Source: Marsupella aquatica (taxonomy: Eukaryota > Plantae > Marchantiophyta). Taken from it: DNA of 64,000 nt. Position 1 is the stretch's first letter, and each line of letters opens with the position of its first letter. This document shows positions 13,498 through 27,000 of the stretch, piece after piece. The DNA lies in NCBI GenBank assembly GCA_973895155.1, contig OZ316899.1, positions 12,403,934 through 12,467,933 on the forward strand, written 5' to 3'. Position numbers and translations under genes: made by a program. Under the pieces are notes generated by a model that worked only from the letters and a program-made list of their open reading frames with translations, ran no database searches and was not told the DNA's origin.

Positions 13498-15475
13498 TGT
13501 CAAACACTTGTCAAGGAGCTTAAGCGGCTTTTCTCCCCAAAAGACTACCTAATACCTGATCCATATCATACCAGGGTCACAAAGGATTGACAAAACTTAT
13601 GAAATGTGCCTACAATGACTAATCACTCCATACATAAGTAGTTTCAACTCTCCACTTCTAGAGAGGTAGTCCCCTTGACTACTTTTGTACTCACACCCTT
13701 CCCCTCTCCTCTACTCCAAGGATCAGCAAGGGGGATCTCCGCTCCAAGCTGTCACCTTAGAGAAGAGTCTCACACAAACACCCAAGAACCAAAGTACTTT
13801 CCTCTTCAAGCTTAAGTCTCCTCAAGACCCTCAAAATAGTGTTACCCCTCAACCTTGCCCCCTGGCCTTGGTTTGGGTCCACACATCCCCTTTGAGCTCT
13901 AGAGAAGGCTCCTCTATCTAAGGACTCTTCCTCTTGTTCTTACTTCTTGTTAACACCATACACCAAGCAAAATACTTTCCACCCTCAAGCTATAATCCTC
14001 TCTAAGTCTCCAAGTAGTGCTCTACCTTAACCATGCCTCTTGGCCTTGGTTTTGTACTGGCACATCCCCTTCAAGCTTAGACCAAGATTACATCATAGCA
14101 TGGACTCTTCTCTTGCTCTCATATGCTTCAAATGCACTCACACTTAATGGTCATAATGAAGATTGGCAAGTCTTCTTTTATTGCATCACCTTTACAACAA
14201 AATTTCACTACACATTCTCCACACTAAGCATGGACCACCTCTCCCTTCTCAAGCTTAGCCCTACCTTGGCAAGGTAGAGATTCCACTTAAGAGATGAGAC
14301 TCCCGGTCCCTAACAAATGAAAACTTCCTCCTTATATACTATTCTCCTTCCACACCACACCAAGGTAGCCCACCAAGGACCAAGGACCAAAGTAGCCCAC
14401 CAAGGACCAAGGACCAAGGTAGCCCATCAAGGACCAAGGACCAAGGTAGAGGACCAAAGTAGCCCACCAAGGACCAAGGTAGCCCACCAAGGACCAAGGA
14501 CCAAAGTAGCCCACCAAGGACCAAGGACCAAGGACCAAGGTAGCCCACCAAAGTCCTACTAACTACCAAAGTCACACTACAATGAAAGTCCAACTAACTA
14601 CCACTCCCACTCAAGCTCCTTCACCTTGTGATTGCCTGGTCTATTCAACCATCTCCTAGCCGCCCTTGTGCTTGACTTATTCCTGCCTTGTGGTAGCCTC
14701 GTCGAAGCATTTTTACACTTAGTCGGATTTCGTTATTTGGGAAAAACTATAATTCCCCGGCCCATATTGTACCCACCGCCAAAACTCACCCATAAGGCCA
14801 AAAGGACTTTTGAGTAGATCCATAGATTTTCTTGGCATAGGGCTATGTCCTGGTTTACTAAGATCTAAACAAAACCCTATAACAAATTTTCTAAAATTAG
14901 GTAAAGAGGGTTAATTCTTATGTTTTCCAAAATTCTTCTCAACTTTGAGATGCTCCCAAAACGTAACCGAAGGTAACCAAGTTCTCCCACAAGTTTCCAG
15001 GGATAGAGTGGACCATATTTAACCTATTTTGCAACTTGGAACCCCTAACTTTTCCCATCAGCTATTTTTCCCGAGACCCGCTATTTGGTAACTTTAAGTT
15101 TTGCCAAAATACTTACAACTCCTAGGTTAAGACCCCACTTGACTTTGTGACTTTTATGTGTGGTCTAGGGACTACCTAGCACCTATAGGGTGAGTCTTAG
15201 CAAAACTTATCACTCAAAAGTATCGGTCATGCCTTCGGCCCGACTTGCCGACTACCATAACTTTTTTCCACCCTTACCAAATAACTTACTCAACTCTTGA
15301 TACTTCTAAGAGAAACATGTCCTCTCCCTCAATTTATTTCCCTACTCTACTTCCCTAGTTATTAAGTTACCTTAAACCTAACAACTCCGCTAATCACTAA
15401 ACTATGTAATTACTACTCCTTGAAAGCAAAAAACTGACGCATTTCCTACTCAAGCCTCCCTTGAGCCATTCCACA
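13498..15475 (-). repeat. 5' LTR of element A (1978 bp)
   Basis: Direct repeat of 2436-4305, adjacent to the PBS; longer because of its tandem array. Confidence 0.95.
14359..14553. repeat. Expanded CCAAGGTAGCCCACCAAGGA tandem array in the A 5' LTR
   Basis: About 108 bp longer than the array in the 3' LTR. Confidence 0.85.
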
Positions 15476-15860
15476 CAAAGCAGCCCGCCAGCCACGATGG
15501 AGGAAATCCGCAAGGCAGCTTGGGAACAAAGGCCGCGGTGGTTGATGCCGATGACTTCTACTCACTCCACCTATGCTAAAGAAATAGCCATGGTGTACAG
15601 GGAGATGTGCGAGGAACTTGCACTCAGCATCTTTGGGGAGGAGTTAGAGCAGGGACCTTTTTTCTAGAGGGAGATGTTGGAAAAATGCCGATTAGAAGAA
15701 GCGGTGGCTTTGGAGAGAAGAAAGAAAGACGAGGTCATCCGTCGGCTTAGGGCAAGGGAAGCCAAGGTGGAAGACCTGAAGGCGGACAGGAAAACCCAAG
15801 ATGAGCTGCGGATTAAGCGGCATGAGGATTTAGGATAAACTGACTCAAACCCAAGGGGAG

Positions 15861-16898
15861 TTGGCCGATGCGGTCAAGGAGAGGGAGAAGTGGAAGCAAG
15901 AGCTGAGGGATGCAGAGGAGGCCCACATAGCAACCAACAATCGGGCCATGGCGGAAACCCAGAGAAGGGAGAGGGCGTTGAAGGGGGAGCTCAATGATAT
16001 CCACGGAGCCCTTGAGGAGAAGGAGGCCGAGTTAGGGAAATCCTATCAAATGATTATTGTGCTGCGGCAGGAGCTTGCATCCTTGACGGCCAGCTTCAAG
16101 GCCGACCTGCGTGAGAAAGACGACCAACTTGATCAAACTTATGCCAAGATGAATAAAATGGAGTCTGAGGTCGTAACGAAGCTCAACAAGGAGCTAAGAG
16201 CAACCCAGGAGGAGAGGGCTACCTTAAGGAAGGAGTTGGAGGAAGCCCAGAAGGAGCTGGAGGAGGCGCGCAAGGACCTGGACGAAGTGAAGGAGGAGTT
16301 GGAGGAAAGCACAAGGAAGATGGAGAACTTACAACGGCAAGCTGACAACCAAACGGAGCGGCTAAAGAAACAAGCCGCAATATTTAAGTGCTTGGCGTCA
16401 TCAAGTCCAACTCCAATTGGGGCAACCAAGTTGCAAGGAGTACTACTGGCCGAAGGACAAGCCGCGACACTCGCACCGGTGCCGGAAGGAAGTGGCAAGG
16501 GGAAGGGACCAGCTGCCGAACCAGGGAAGAAGAAGAAGCGGAAACCTTCTGGATCAGGGAGTAATGCGGCAACTCAAGCCGTCGTGACCAAGGAGGTAAA
16601 CCCGACACCAACCACAGGCAGGGTCACGGCAGAGGATCCAACTACCCTAGAAGGTGGGGATGGCAAAGCCAAGGCCAAGACACTCAGTGATGAAGCCGGG
16701 GTAACGGATCCACCACTAGAGCATGTCGGGGAGGCCGTAGCCGTATTAGAGGCCGTGGTCGATGCTGAGGGCGAAGCCGAGGGTGGACCCGGTCAGGCCG
16801 CGGGTGAGTTGACTGGGTCTGGGGCAGGTAATCTGTTAGAGGATGGACCTACGGTAGTGGTTGCGGAGGAAGCATTGGGGGCGTCCATTGAGGATTAG
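15861..16898 (+). pseudogene. C-terminal coiled-coil part of the family X ORF (copy X2)
   Basis: Homologous to the 49744-50856 and 57122-59362 translations. Confidence 0.8.
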
Positions 16899-18132
16899 CC
16901 ACCGCTACCATGACGGTGGTGGAGGGCCACTCCTTTTAAGGAGGGCGGACGTGGAGGGAGGAGGCGTGAGTGGGCAGGGCGGGCTCAGATCTCCAAGTTT
17001 AGAATTAGGATCAGGACCAAGTGTCACTTGCCTCTCCAACGGTTAATACGTGCAAACCGCACTTTTCTTCGCTTAAACCGTTGGTATCGTATTACGGGGT
17101 CGTGGAGGGACGCTATTTGGATTCTTTTCACACCAGGATGAGTATTTTGGTTTCCGCTCCCGGAAATGTAGGTTTTGATCAAGTCTACCGACTACCCTCA
17201 CCCCACAGCTTTTGATCAAGTCCTGCCGACTACCCCACTACACCTTCACTCGGAGTCACCCAAAGAGTGCTGTCACCACCCCTACTCACAAGGCCGACTC
17301 AAACCAAGCAAGTTTCTTCAAATCATAGAACGGGAGAACACAATTCGGAAAGCGAAAAAGGGAGAAGGAACACACAACAAAAGCCCATCAAGTCAAATGT
17401 ACAGATCCATATCTCTTGGGAAAAACGATACACATTGCATGAGTAACCCGGCCTCCTGCCGTCTACTCAACTCCTGCCTCTCCGGACAATGAGTATGGCT
17501 CCCCCTCACTACTCTGAACACGCTTTCAAACTCCTCAGGCTCCACTCTATCCCTCCTTGCTAACTTCACACTGAGTCCCCCTAACTACTTCGGGGCTATC
17601 CCCCTAAATACTGAAAAATCACACCAAAGCACCCCTCACAGGGTCACAACGGTGGCGGCTACCCTAGCGGCGCCGCTAAAACCTTGCACTAAGAGAAATC
17701 CTTAAACTGAAGAGGAGCATGCGGCACACACATGCTGCTAAAACCCTAAACCCAAAACAAGGGGGCCGACGGTGCCTTCGACGGCGCCCCAACAGTACAC
17801 GTGAACCCTGAAAGTGAGAGGCACCCCAAAATGGCCGAAACTAGGTGCCCTTCCAAGTGCACACCTGAGCTCACCCCTGGATAGCTCTTCTTTTCCTGCT
17901 TCCGAATCACTAAGTCGCTCCCTCAACGGACTTCAGACGCCTGAGTTATGGCCGTTTCCGTACCGCAAAAACATAAGTTCTCCAGGCCATAACTTGCTCA
18001 TCCTGGCTCCGTTTGAGGAGCGCCGCCTCTTGTTGGAATCAGCTCCGCGAGCTCATCCCAACAAGCCCATGAGTGACCCCCCACTAAAATGTTGGAAATC
18101 TGGAGGCCGTACACCCACGTCCGTACGCCTAT

Positions 18133-19989
18133 CTAATCCTCCTCTTCTTCTTCGCTCTCGGTGCCCGGACTTGTGCCCCGTGAGTGGTCCTCCTCCTCAT
18201 CACTCACGGGAGTGAGTGCCACCGTACTTTTCTTCTTCTTCGACGGAGTACTCTTAGTGCTGCTGCTCCCGCGCTTCCTCAAAGCAGCCAAGGCCTGCCA
18301 CGCCTTGATGTACCCCTCACCAATTGTGTCCTTCCAGAGGGTAGCCTCTTCTCCGGACCGCAACTCCAACGGTAGAACTTGCCCCGTGGCCATGGGAGTC
18401 CCGGGGGTGACAGACCTGGGTGGCATCCCCGTACTGACCTGAGCCTCCCGTAACGATTTCCGTACCTCCCGGAGCTTCTTCTCCAAGCTCTTACTCTTCT
18501 CCTGACTCTTCTTGGCTCCATCCAACAAGGGTCCATACTTCCCACTAACCTCCTTCACCACCATCTCGATAGCTTGGGAGATCACATCCGGGGAAAGTGT
18601 GGAGCCAGGTGTGCCGGGACTCTTCCGTTTCCCTAGACTCAGGGCCTCACTTCTCTTCGCTCGTGTCTCAAAGGCTGCCACCTGACTCCGTAGTGCTCCC
18701 ACCTGGTTCCTCCACTCCATCACTTCTCCAGAATTTTGCTTCTCTTTGGCCAATGCTTGCCTCAACGCTCCTACTTCTTCTGCTTCCTTGGCCTTGGTGG
18801 ACAAAGCTCCCTTCAAGTTGGTGATCTCTACGTGAGCTGCATTGATGTGCCTGACCTTCTCATGAATGGTCTGCTCCTTGGTCTTGATCACCTCCTTCAG
18901 TGACAGGATGCTCTGCTCTAACGTCTCTACTTTGACTGTGGCGTGCTTGAGAGACTCCCTCAATGCGTGGACTAGCTTGAGTCCCTCGTGGACTCCCTCT
19001 CTGAAATCCCGTAGCTCTGCCAAGTAAACATCCGGAATGTTGTATTCCAGAGGCTGTTTCGGATCTCCCACGAGTGATTCAAGCCACTCCAATGTGCAAT
19101 CATCCTCCTGGTTCTCTTCTTCTCTATTATCCTCCCCACCAGCAGACAATGATTCCTCCGTGAGCTTCCCTAAAACGGTAGTGGCAATACTCCGGATCTC
19201 CGTGGTGAGAGATGATCCCGTGTCTTCATGCCCCGGAGAACCAATCAACCCTTCTGCCCTGGCCAATACAAATGACCCCATCAAATGTACAGCCCCACCT
19301 GGTTTCACACTCCCGGGCTCAGCGGCCAATAGCTTCTTCAATCCGTAGCACCACCATCCGTACACATGGGCTGGGTAGTTCTTGATGTCCATAGCTACCA
19401 CGAAATGCTCCTCATTCAGCACTCCGGATTGCACGTTGCCAAGAACCCGTTGATGCACCTTGGCCAGGAAGCCCTTATACTCAACATCCTTGACAGCAGA
19501 AAGAGGGATGGCGGTGGTGGAGGTAGGATTGGTCACCCAAGTGGCCACCATTTTCAACGTGAGTTCTCCCCTGATATTCCGAGGTGTGAATGAGAATTTC
19601 TGATTCTCAAGAAACAATAGCTTAGCCAACTCCACATGGGGCACTACACGTTTGAGACATTCAAAGTAGATTCCCTCCGTTCGGAACTCCATCCCGGCCT
19701 CAATGTCCCAGCTCTTCCCTGAAGGGATGGTAATCTCCACCTTCATGAATTCTGTAAGCCCGGTGGCTTGGAAAATGTTCCGACAATCCTCCATCACCTT
19801 GGTGGAGGTCTTGGGATAAATTCGACGAAAAATCTTCCTACCCACCGGTGAGGAACCCGCTGCCAATCCCGTGCTCATCATAACTTCTCTCTCTTCCCTT
19901 TCCCGTGTAATCCGAGTCTCCACGTAGTCACGGTAAGCAGCCTTGTATCTCCGAATGCGTGACGCACTAAACTCTGGTTGATCTAGCAT
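18133..19989 (-). CDS. LTR-encoded 618-aa accessory protein (globular N-terminal part + coiled coil + K/E-rich tail), 3' LTR copy
   Basis: Long ATG-initiated ORF, sense to gag-pol, identical translation in both LTRs, heptad-like region, KRK/KKKK basic clusters. Confidence 0.85.
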   Translation of the reverse strand: MLDQPEFSASRIRRYKAAYRDYVETRITREREEREVMMSTGLAAGSSPVGRKIFRRIYPKTSTKVMEDCRNIFQATGLTEFMKVEITIPSGKSWDIEAGMEFRTEGIYFECLKRVVPHVELAKLLFLENQKFSFTPRNIRGELTLKMVATWVTNPTSTTAIPLSAVKDVEYKGFLAKVHQRVLGNVQSGVLNEEHFVVAMDIKNYPAHVYGWWCYGLKKLLAAEPGSVKPGGAVHLMGSFVLARAEGLIGSPGHEDTGSSLTTEIRSIATTVLGKLTEESLSAGGEDNREEENQEDDCTLEWLESLVGDPKQPLEYNIPDVYLAELRDFREGVHEGLKLVHALRESLKHATVKVETLEQSILSLKEVIKTKEQTIHEKVRHINAAHVEITNLKGALSTKAKEAEEVGALRQALAKEKQNSGEVMEWRNQVGALRSQVAAFETRAKRSEALSLGKRKSPGTPGSTLSPDVISQAIEMVVKEVSGKYGPLLDGAKKSQEKSKSLEKKLREVRKSLREAQVSTGMPPRSVTPGTPMATGQVLPLELRSGEEATLWKDTIGEGYIKAWQALAALRKRGSSSTKSTPSKKKKSTVALTPVSDEEEDHSRGTSPGTESEEEEED

Positions 19990-20422
19990 CCATGCATCCC
20001 GAAATCAATTTCTCAATCACCAATCCCGTCACCCGTGGCAATGTCAATTCCCTGGCCCGAAACAGCCCCCGTAGCCCGATCACTTAAATTCTCTCAATTT
20101 CCCGTCACTACTCCGTGCGGCCGCCACTAATGCCTGGAAGAATGACGCCAGCAAGCCCCACTAATCCACCATGAAAGAGAGAGCTTCAAAAATAATTAGA
20201 ATCTGGAGAGAGCTTCCGGCAAGAGAGAGAAGAACCCCGTTTTTGCTTTCGGCAATGAGAGGGTCGTGCAAAAGGAAGAGGGAAAGAAAAAGGAAGGAAA
20301 AAAAAATAGAACCGAAAAAACTCCTGGCGCCTTCGCCATGCGCCCCGGCCCATTTCTCGGGCCTTACCCTTGCGTCCTCCTGCGCGCGGCCCTATGCAGG
20401 GCGCGCGGCCATTCCTCCCGGC

Positions 20423-20735
20423 TCGCGGGAGGCCCTTCAACTCCCCCCCGCTCGCGTGATCCTCCCAGCTCGCGGGAGGCCCTTTAACTCCCCCCCGCTC
20501 GCGTGATCCTCCCAGCTCGCGGGAGGCCCTTTAACTCCCCCCCGCTCGCGTGATCCTCCCAGCTCGCGGGAGGCCCTTTAACTCCCCCCCCCGCTCGCTT
20601 GCGCTCCTTCAGCTCGCGGAGCCTCATTAATTGCCCGGGCACGCAGCCCTATGGGCTCGCGAGGCAGCCCCTTCAGCTCGCGGAGCCCCATTAATCGCCC
20701 GGGCACGCAGCCCTATGGGCTCGCGAGGCAGCCCC
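20423..20735. repeat. GC-rich 47-bp tandem repeat (~4 units) followed by a ~63-bp duplication in the B 3' LTR
   Basis: Unit CGCGGGAGGCCCTTTAACTCCCCCCCGCTCGCGTGATCCTCCCAGCT. Confidence 0.88.
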
Positions 20736-21061
20736 TCTTTCTCTCGGACGGCCACTAATGGGACTCGCCCTCCTGAGGAGGGATTTATTTAAAAAAAACC
20801 CCCCCCTCTCCTGACTTTGCAATGGGGGTCTCAACAATAGCTCTTGAAGCAAAACGGTAAGTCCTATGGGGCTGGTCCTGGCTAGTTTCAAGGTCCCAAA
20901 ATATTTGCCCACTTAGGTCGCCGCAAATCTTAGAACTATTATGAGAGAAAGAATATAAAGTCACCTGGGGCATCATCAACCTATAATGACGGAATTAACT
21001 AAAAATTAAAAAATGGCTTATTTACATTGACTATTAACAAGGTATCGGCCTTTGCAACCAG

Positions 21062-24000
21062 TTATGTGTGACTTCCCGTGACGGGGTACCCGTCACATAG
21101 CTCCTCTCTTAATTGCGAAGCGCCCCCGCGAGCACCATACTCTTCCTCCGTGTAGTACTTCTTTAGGCGCTCTTGATTGATCCGTGTGTTGAGTAGTTGC
21201 CCCTCCAATGTCTTGAGTTGAACCGAGCCGTTGGAGTAGACGGCATCCACTACGTAGGGTCCCATCCACCGTGTATGCAACTTCCCGGGGAAATGCATGA
21301 AGCGGCTATCGTAGAGGAGCACCAAATCTCCCTCCTCAATGGACACACGACGGAGACGGGAATCGTAATGTGACTTGCGTTTGCCTTGCTCCTGCTCCGT
21401 ATGTGTCAAAGCCTCTTCTCGTGTCTCCGTGAGTTGCTCCAACTGTTGGATCCGTGAAGCGACACTTTCTTCTGCCCCTTCCCTTTCCCGTGTTAGGATT
21501 CGAATGGTTGGAACCTCAAATTCCACCGGCACAAGAGAGTGTTGTCCAAACACAAGGAAATAGGGGCTGTGGCCCGTGGTAGTCTTGTGAGCCAGGTTGT
21601 AAGCGTAAGTGGCAGCCAACAACTTCAAATCCCAATCGGTCTTGTGAGCGGATACCGTTTTGTTGAGGATCTTGCCCATGATCCCGTTGGCTCTCTCAGT
21701 GAGCCCGTTGGCTCGAGGGTGGTACGGAGTGGTCTTCCTATGTGAGATCAAGTAGTTCTCCGTCAAACGTTCAATCGTATGATTGAGGAAGTGAGTACCC
21801 CTGTCACTTACCAACTCCAATGGTGGACCAAATCGTGTAAAAATCTGCTCATACAAAAAACGTGCCGTGGTGTTGGCATCATCCTTGGCAGTAGCTCGGG
21901 CCTCCACCCACTTGGTGGCATAGTCCGTTGCAAGAATGATGTAGCGCTTCCTCCCTCTTCGTGTGATGGGAGTGAAAGGGCCAATGAAGTCCACCCCCCA
22001 CTTCTCAAAGGGTGCAAGAGGAAGTATGGGCACCAATGGGTGTCGTGAGGAGGGCCCTGGTTTGCCTTGACGCTGGCACGGATCACATCGCTGGATGTAC
22101 CGGTGTACATCCCGAAAGAGAGTTGGCCACCAATATCCAGCATCTAGTATTTTCCTTGCGGTGGTCTCCCGTGCAAAGTGGCCACCAGCTTCCTCCTCAT
22201 GTAATGCTGCCATGACTGTACGTATCTCCGCTTCCTCCAAACAACGACGAAGTCGGCCATCCATGCCGTACTTGTGAAGTACTCCCTTCACAAGCAAGTA
22301 GGGACCTGTCTTACGCAAAAACACTGCTGCTCTCTCCGGGCCCAAACGTGAGGGAACTCTAGCCGTGCGGAGAAATTCCAAAATTTCTCCATACCAAGTA
22401 GTGGCCTCTGTATTCACGCTGAACACTTCCTCATCCGGGAACCGATCATCAATCTCCTGGGAGTCAGATGCTCCCTCAATACGGGAGAAGAAGTCTGCAT
22501 TGCTATGACTCTTCCCCGATCTTACTCTCACCTCATAGTTGAACTCTTGTAGCAACAAAACCCAACGTGCAATTCTCCCGGACAGATCTGGCTTGTTGAC
22601 CATGTATTTCAAGCTGTTGTGATCCGTGTGGAACACAACCTTGTACCCCAACAAATAATGACGATACTTCTTACAAGCGTAGATGATACCAAGTGCCTCC
22701 CTATCGGTGGGTGAGTAGTTTTTCTCTGCCGGGGCCAACTGCCTACTGGCAAAGTAGATGGGATGGTCTCTTCCATCATCATCTAACTGACTCAAAACGG
22801 CACCGATGCAAAATCCTGATACGTCTACGTAAACATGGAATTCCTTATTCCAATTGGGCGTAATGAGCACGGGGGCCTCTAGCAATCGTTTCTTCAATTC
22901 ATCAAAAGCAGCCTGACGGGAAGGAGTAGGTTCAAACTCACTTCCTTTTTTCAACATGGAAGTGAGTGGCATGGCTACCTTGGCAAAGTCTTTGATGAAG
23001 CGTCGGTAGTAGCCAACACACCCCAAGAACCCTCTCACTTCCTTCACATTCTTGGGAAATGAGACTGCTACCCACACGGCGACCTTCTCACGATCAACTT
23101 CAATCCCTCGTGCAGACACTTTGTGGCCCAATAGGATTCCCTCCTCAATTCCAAAGAAACATTTCTCCGGATGCAGCTTCAGGCAAGTCTCCCGGCACCG
23201 CTGAAAAGTCAACCGTAAGTGTTCCGGATGCTTGACTCGTTTGCCGTAGACAGCAAAGTCATCAATAAAGATCTCCAAGAACCTGCGTAAAAAGTCATGA
23301 AATATATTCATCATGAGCCGTTGGAACATGCCAGGGGCATTGCACAACCCAAAAGGCATTCTCCGGAATGCAAAAATCCCCCACTCTGTTGTGAAAGCCG
23401 TCTTGAGTTGGTCCTCCTCCCGTATCCAGATTTGGTTGTACCCAGAGTAGCCATCCAAGAAGCTGTATATCTCCCAACCTGCTACCATGTCCAACACGAT
23501 ATCCGTGAACGGTAGCGGGTAGTGATCCTTCTTGGTCGCATCATTCAACTTTCGAAAATCTTGGCACACCCGTATTTTCACCTTCCCGTCTGGCCCCTTT
23601 TTCTTGGGCACGATTACGATGGGTGACACCCACTCACTATGCATGACCGGATAAATGAATCCTGCATCCAACAAACGGTCAATCTCCTCCTTCACCATGA
23701 GTGAGTATTTGGGGTTGAGGCGGTATTGGCGTTGCCTCACAGGTCGTGCTCCTGACATCAGGTCAATGCTGTGCTCACCAAACTCAGGTGGCACTCCTTT
23801 CAAATCTTGGTGGCTCCACGCAAATACGTCTTGGTACTCTTTCAACAATTCCTGAATCGTGCGTTGCTCCGTAGCATCCAACTTACTACCAATGTTGAGT
23901 GTCTTGCCCTCACCCACTTCCACCTTTGTGTACTGCTCCGGCCTGATCACGTCCAACTTGTTGCGTGTCTCCTCATCAAAGGTTTCTTCCAACCGTGCGA

Positions 24001-27000
24001 GCCTCATCCCTCCATACACCGGTGCATCACTCTCCTCCTGGTCTGGTCGGGATGGAGGTGGATCCTTTGTCACATGGGCCATTATTTCTTCAACGTCAGA
24101 TTCTTTGTAATGTGACAATAGCTCCTCTCTAAAGTCATCATCCAGGATGTCATTCAAAAACTGCTCTCTTTGCTCATCATCAAACATGATCGTGTGGGCT
24201 TGCATTTCCACCTCCTCGGGGTGATCCTCTGCCTCCCTATCATGAATCTCTAGAGGTTCAGCCTCCACAATTTTGCTTCGCTCGTCTTCCATCTCTTCTA
24301 GAACAGCGTGCACTTGGCTAACTGATTCCTCTACTACATGCTCTTGAGTAGCAACTCCGGGGCCAAAAACATCTTCCTCCGTGAGGTGAGAAATCAGTTT
24401 CACCATGTATACTTCATCCTCGTCTTCATCTGAGGTGACCTCTGAATCATATTCCTCCTCCATAGTCGTAGTCTCCCCGTGAGGTGACTCCGCTGACCAT
24501 GGAATAGTGATAGTGGGGATACCAAACCGAAACTGCCGTTTGCCCCAATCACTTGTGACCTTGGCCACATACAACCATGGCCTGCCAATTAAAATGGGAA
24601 AACCGTACGGCCGAACGGGTCGCATCACCAAATAGTTGAGGGGGAAAGATTTTCCCCCAATCATTGTTGGAATCTTGGTGAGACACCCCAACGGCACCAC
24701 CCGTGCACCATCAGCCAACCTCATGGCACGTGCCGGTGGTTCTAACTCTGTATACCCCAACCGGTTTGTCGTCTCCTCAGTCATGATGTTGACTCCCGAG
24801 CCCCCGTCCACCGGTACAAACCGTATTGCACATCCATTGATGTCCACCGTGAGTTCTGGGGCACCCAAATCCTCCGTGACCCAGTTGACTTGTATGGGGT
24901 CAGCCCCAACTTTGGGTAACCTTCTTCTACGTCTCCTCCTCATGAGAATCTCCTTGACTTGGCGACGGTATAGGGAGCTATCCCGTAATAGTTGACCAAT
25001 TGTGGCACTGACTGGGCAATCCAGAATGTCTTGAGCAATGTTGTACGCGGTTGCAGGAGGTATGGGTGGGATGACCTCTTCTCCCGGTTTCCAACGAACA
25101 ACCCTCTCCTCCGCTTTCTTTCTGGCCTTTGCCTCCTCCATGTCTTTGTCAATGGCCGCTTGCATGGCTTGTGCTTCTAGCTCCTCCAACTGCTTACGTA
25201 CCTCTTCTCCCACCTTCGGATAGAACAACTTGGGGTTGTCCCGATCAAAGTCACTATCCTCCATGGGTGGCACCTCCGGTTCGTGTGAGGTACCCGATGT
25301 GGAAGCTTGATGCACCTCCTTGTACTTCTGCTTGAGCTCGGACTTGCCCTTCTTTTTGCCGGATCGAGTGGAGACTCGGTAACAAGAGTAATGCCTTCTC
25401 TCCTCGTCGCTGTCTTCCTCCGGTAGATTCTCAGCATGAGTCCACTCATGACTTGGGGGTGAGGGGTTAGCAACTTCAACTTCCGTAGATGTTGCAACAA
25501 CAACCACCGGTATCTCAACAACTGGAGATACTACAACGACTAGCGGTACCACCTCCTCCGTTATGGTGGTCATCCTTTGCTTGGGAATGTTCACTACGGT
25601 TTCTTCTCTTCTAGTGATTAGAGGGGTGTCGACTGCTTCCGTGGTGAGAAAGTTGACGCTAGCTTCTTTCAGAGGAGGTGGCGGCCCCTTCTTCTCTTGT
25701 GCCCCAATCGGTTGAGCCTTGAACGCCTCCAAGGTTGGGCAGTGTGGTGCAAGATGACCCTCCCCCTTGCATAGTTGACACAGCCGGGCAAAATCTCCAT
25801 TGCCTTGACGGGTGGGCTCTGGGCACACATTAGCGTAGTGGCCCGCCACTCTACAATTGTAACAAATAGGGATCTTCCTCACTCCAGGGTACGGTGGTCG
25901 ATTCCCTGGGTTAGCGTTGGGATAGTTGGAGTATGCGGGTGCTCCGGCGTTTGTTGAAACTCCATGAATGCTCCGTGGTCCCGGGTTGAGAGGTTGTACA
26001 CTATACACGTTGGCCTCTGGTGGCTCCTCCATGAAGTACTCTATTGGCCCTTCCGCTGCATATGAAGGATTTGAGTAGCTTGCCCCCTCAACATCCTCCT
26101 CCCGTACTTGGAAAACCTTGGCTGGTTCTCCCGCTGGGCACTCCTTCGGGGCATGACCAAACTTCATGCACTTGGTGCACCACACATTGGCTCTCTCCAC
26201 CGGAACTTTTCTCCTCTCAGGTTTGAGTCCGGCAAAATGTACTTTCAACGCTTTCATTTGCTCCGTCAGCTCATCATATCTGGCCTCTTGCTCCTTCAGG
26301 CGTCTTGCCGTAGACAATGGTGTAACGGCCACCGTGGGTAGTATCACTTCACGGTGAGAGGACTTCTTGACTTTCTTTGACAACTTCTTCTTCTTCCTCC
26401 TTCGTCTTTCAGCTTCTGACTCCGTAGTGTCTGACTCTGTAGTACTCTCAGAATCCTCAGATTCATCACTACTATCTGAATCAGATCCACTCGACTCCTC
26501 ACTGGAGGAACTGTCAACCGGCTTCAGCTTCTTTCTTCGGCAACGCTTGCTTGTGGCATCAGCTGCGGTGTATGACTCCGCTGCTGCAATAGCTTCAGCC
26601 AATGTGGTTGGCTTGGCTTGACGTACAAAGAACCCCATCTTGCTTGGTAGGGCAGCCACAAACCAGGCTTGACGCATAGCATCATCGGTACGGGCTTGGA
26701 TCCGACGTACCAGCTTTTGGAACCTTTGCAAAAACCTCCGTAATGACTCCTTCTTCTTCATCCTGAGTTGGCCCACCTTTAATAGTGAGGTGGCCTCCAC
26801 TCCTATGGATCTGAACTCCTTCAAGAAGGCTTGCTTGAACAGAGCCCAATCAGCTTTCACGTTGGCCAACAACGAAATGAACCATGGACCTGCCTCCCCT
26901 CTCATCATTCCAGGAATGATAGTGAGCTTATGTGCAGACTCCCCATTAGCTTCGGCAATCCCTTCAAACTCCTCAATCCATTCGTCTGGATCATCCTTTG

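Larger units (their letters stand above)
2436..15475 (-). mobile_element. Ty3/gypsy LTR retrotransposon A (non-chromovirus, Athila-like PBS), decayed
   Basis: TG...CA LTRs at 2436-4305 and 13498-15475, TSD CAAAG (2431-2435 and 15476-15480), PBS, PPT and gag-PR-RT-RH-INT order. Confidence 0.96.
17022..21097 (-). repeat. 3' LTR of element B (4076 bp)
   Basis: TGTCAC...GTCACA; direct repeat of 27716-31839. Confidence 0.96.

Noticed and set aside
14359-14553. LTR tandem arrays (also 20423-20735) as CRISPR arrays or repeat proteins
   Set aside because: Head-to-tail repeats without unique spacers; the ORFs over them are by-products of the repeat.
21062-21400. Chromodomain or env gene after the integrase
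   Set aside because: The integrase ends shortly after the GPY motif. The LTR ORF lacks an evident signal peptide or transmembrane anchor, so it is not called env.
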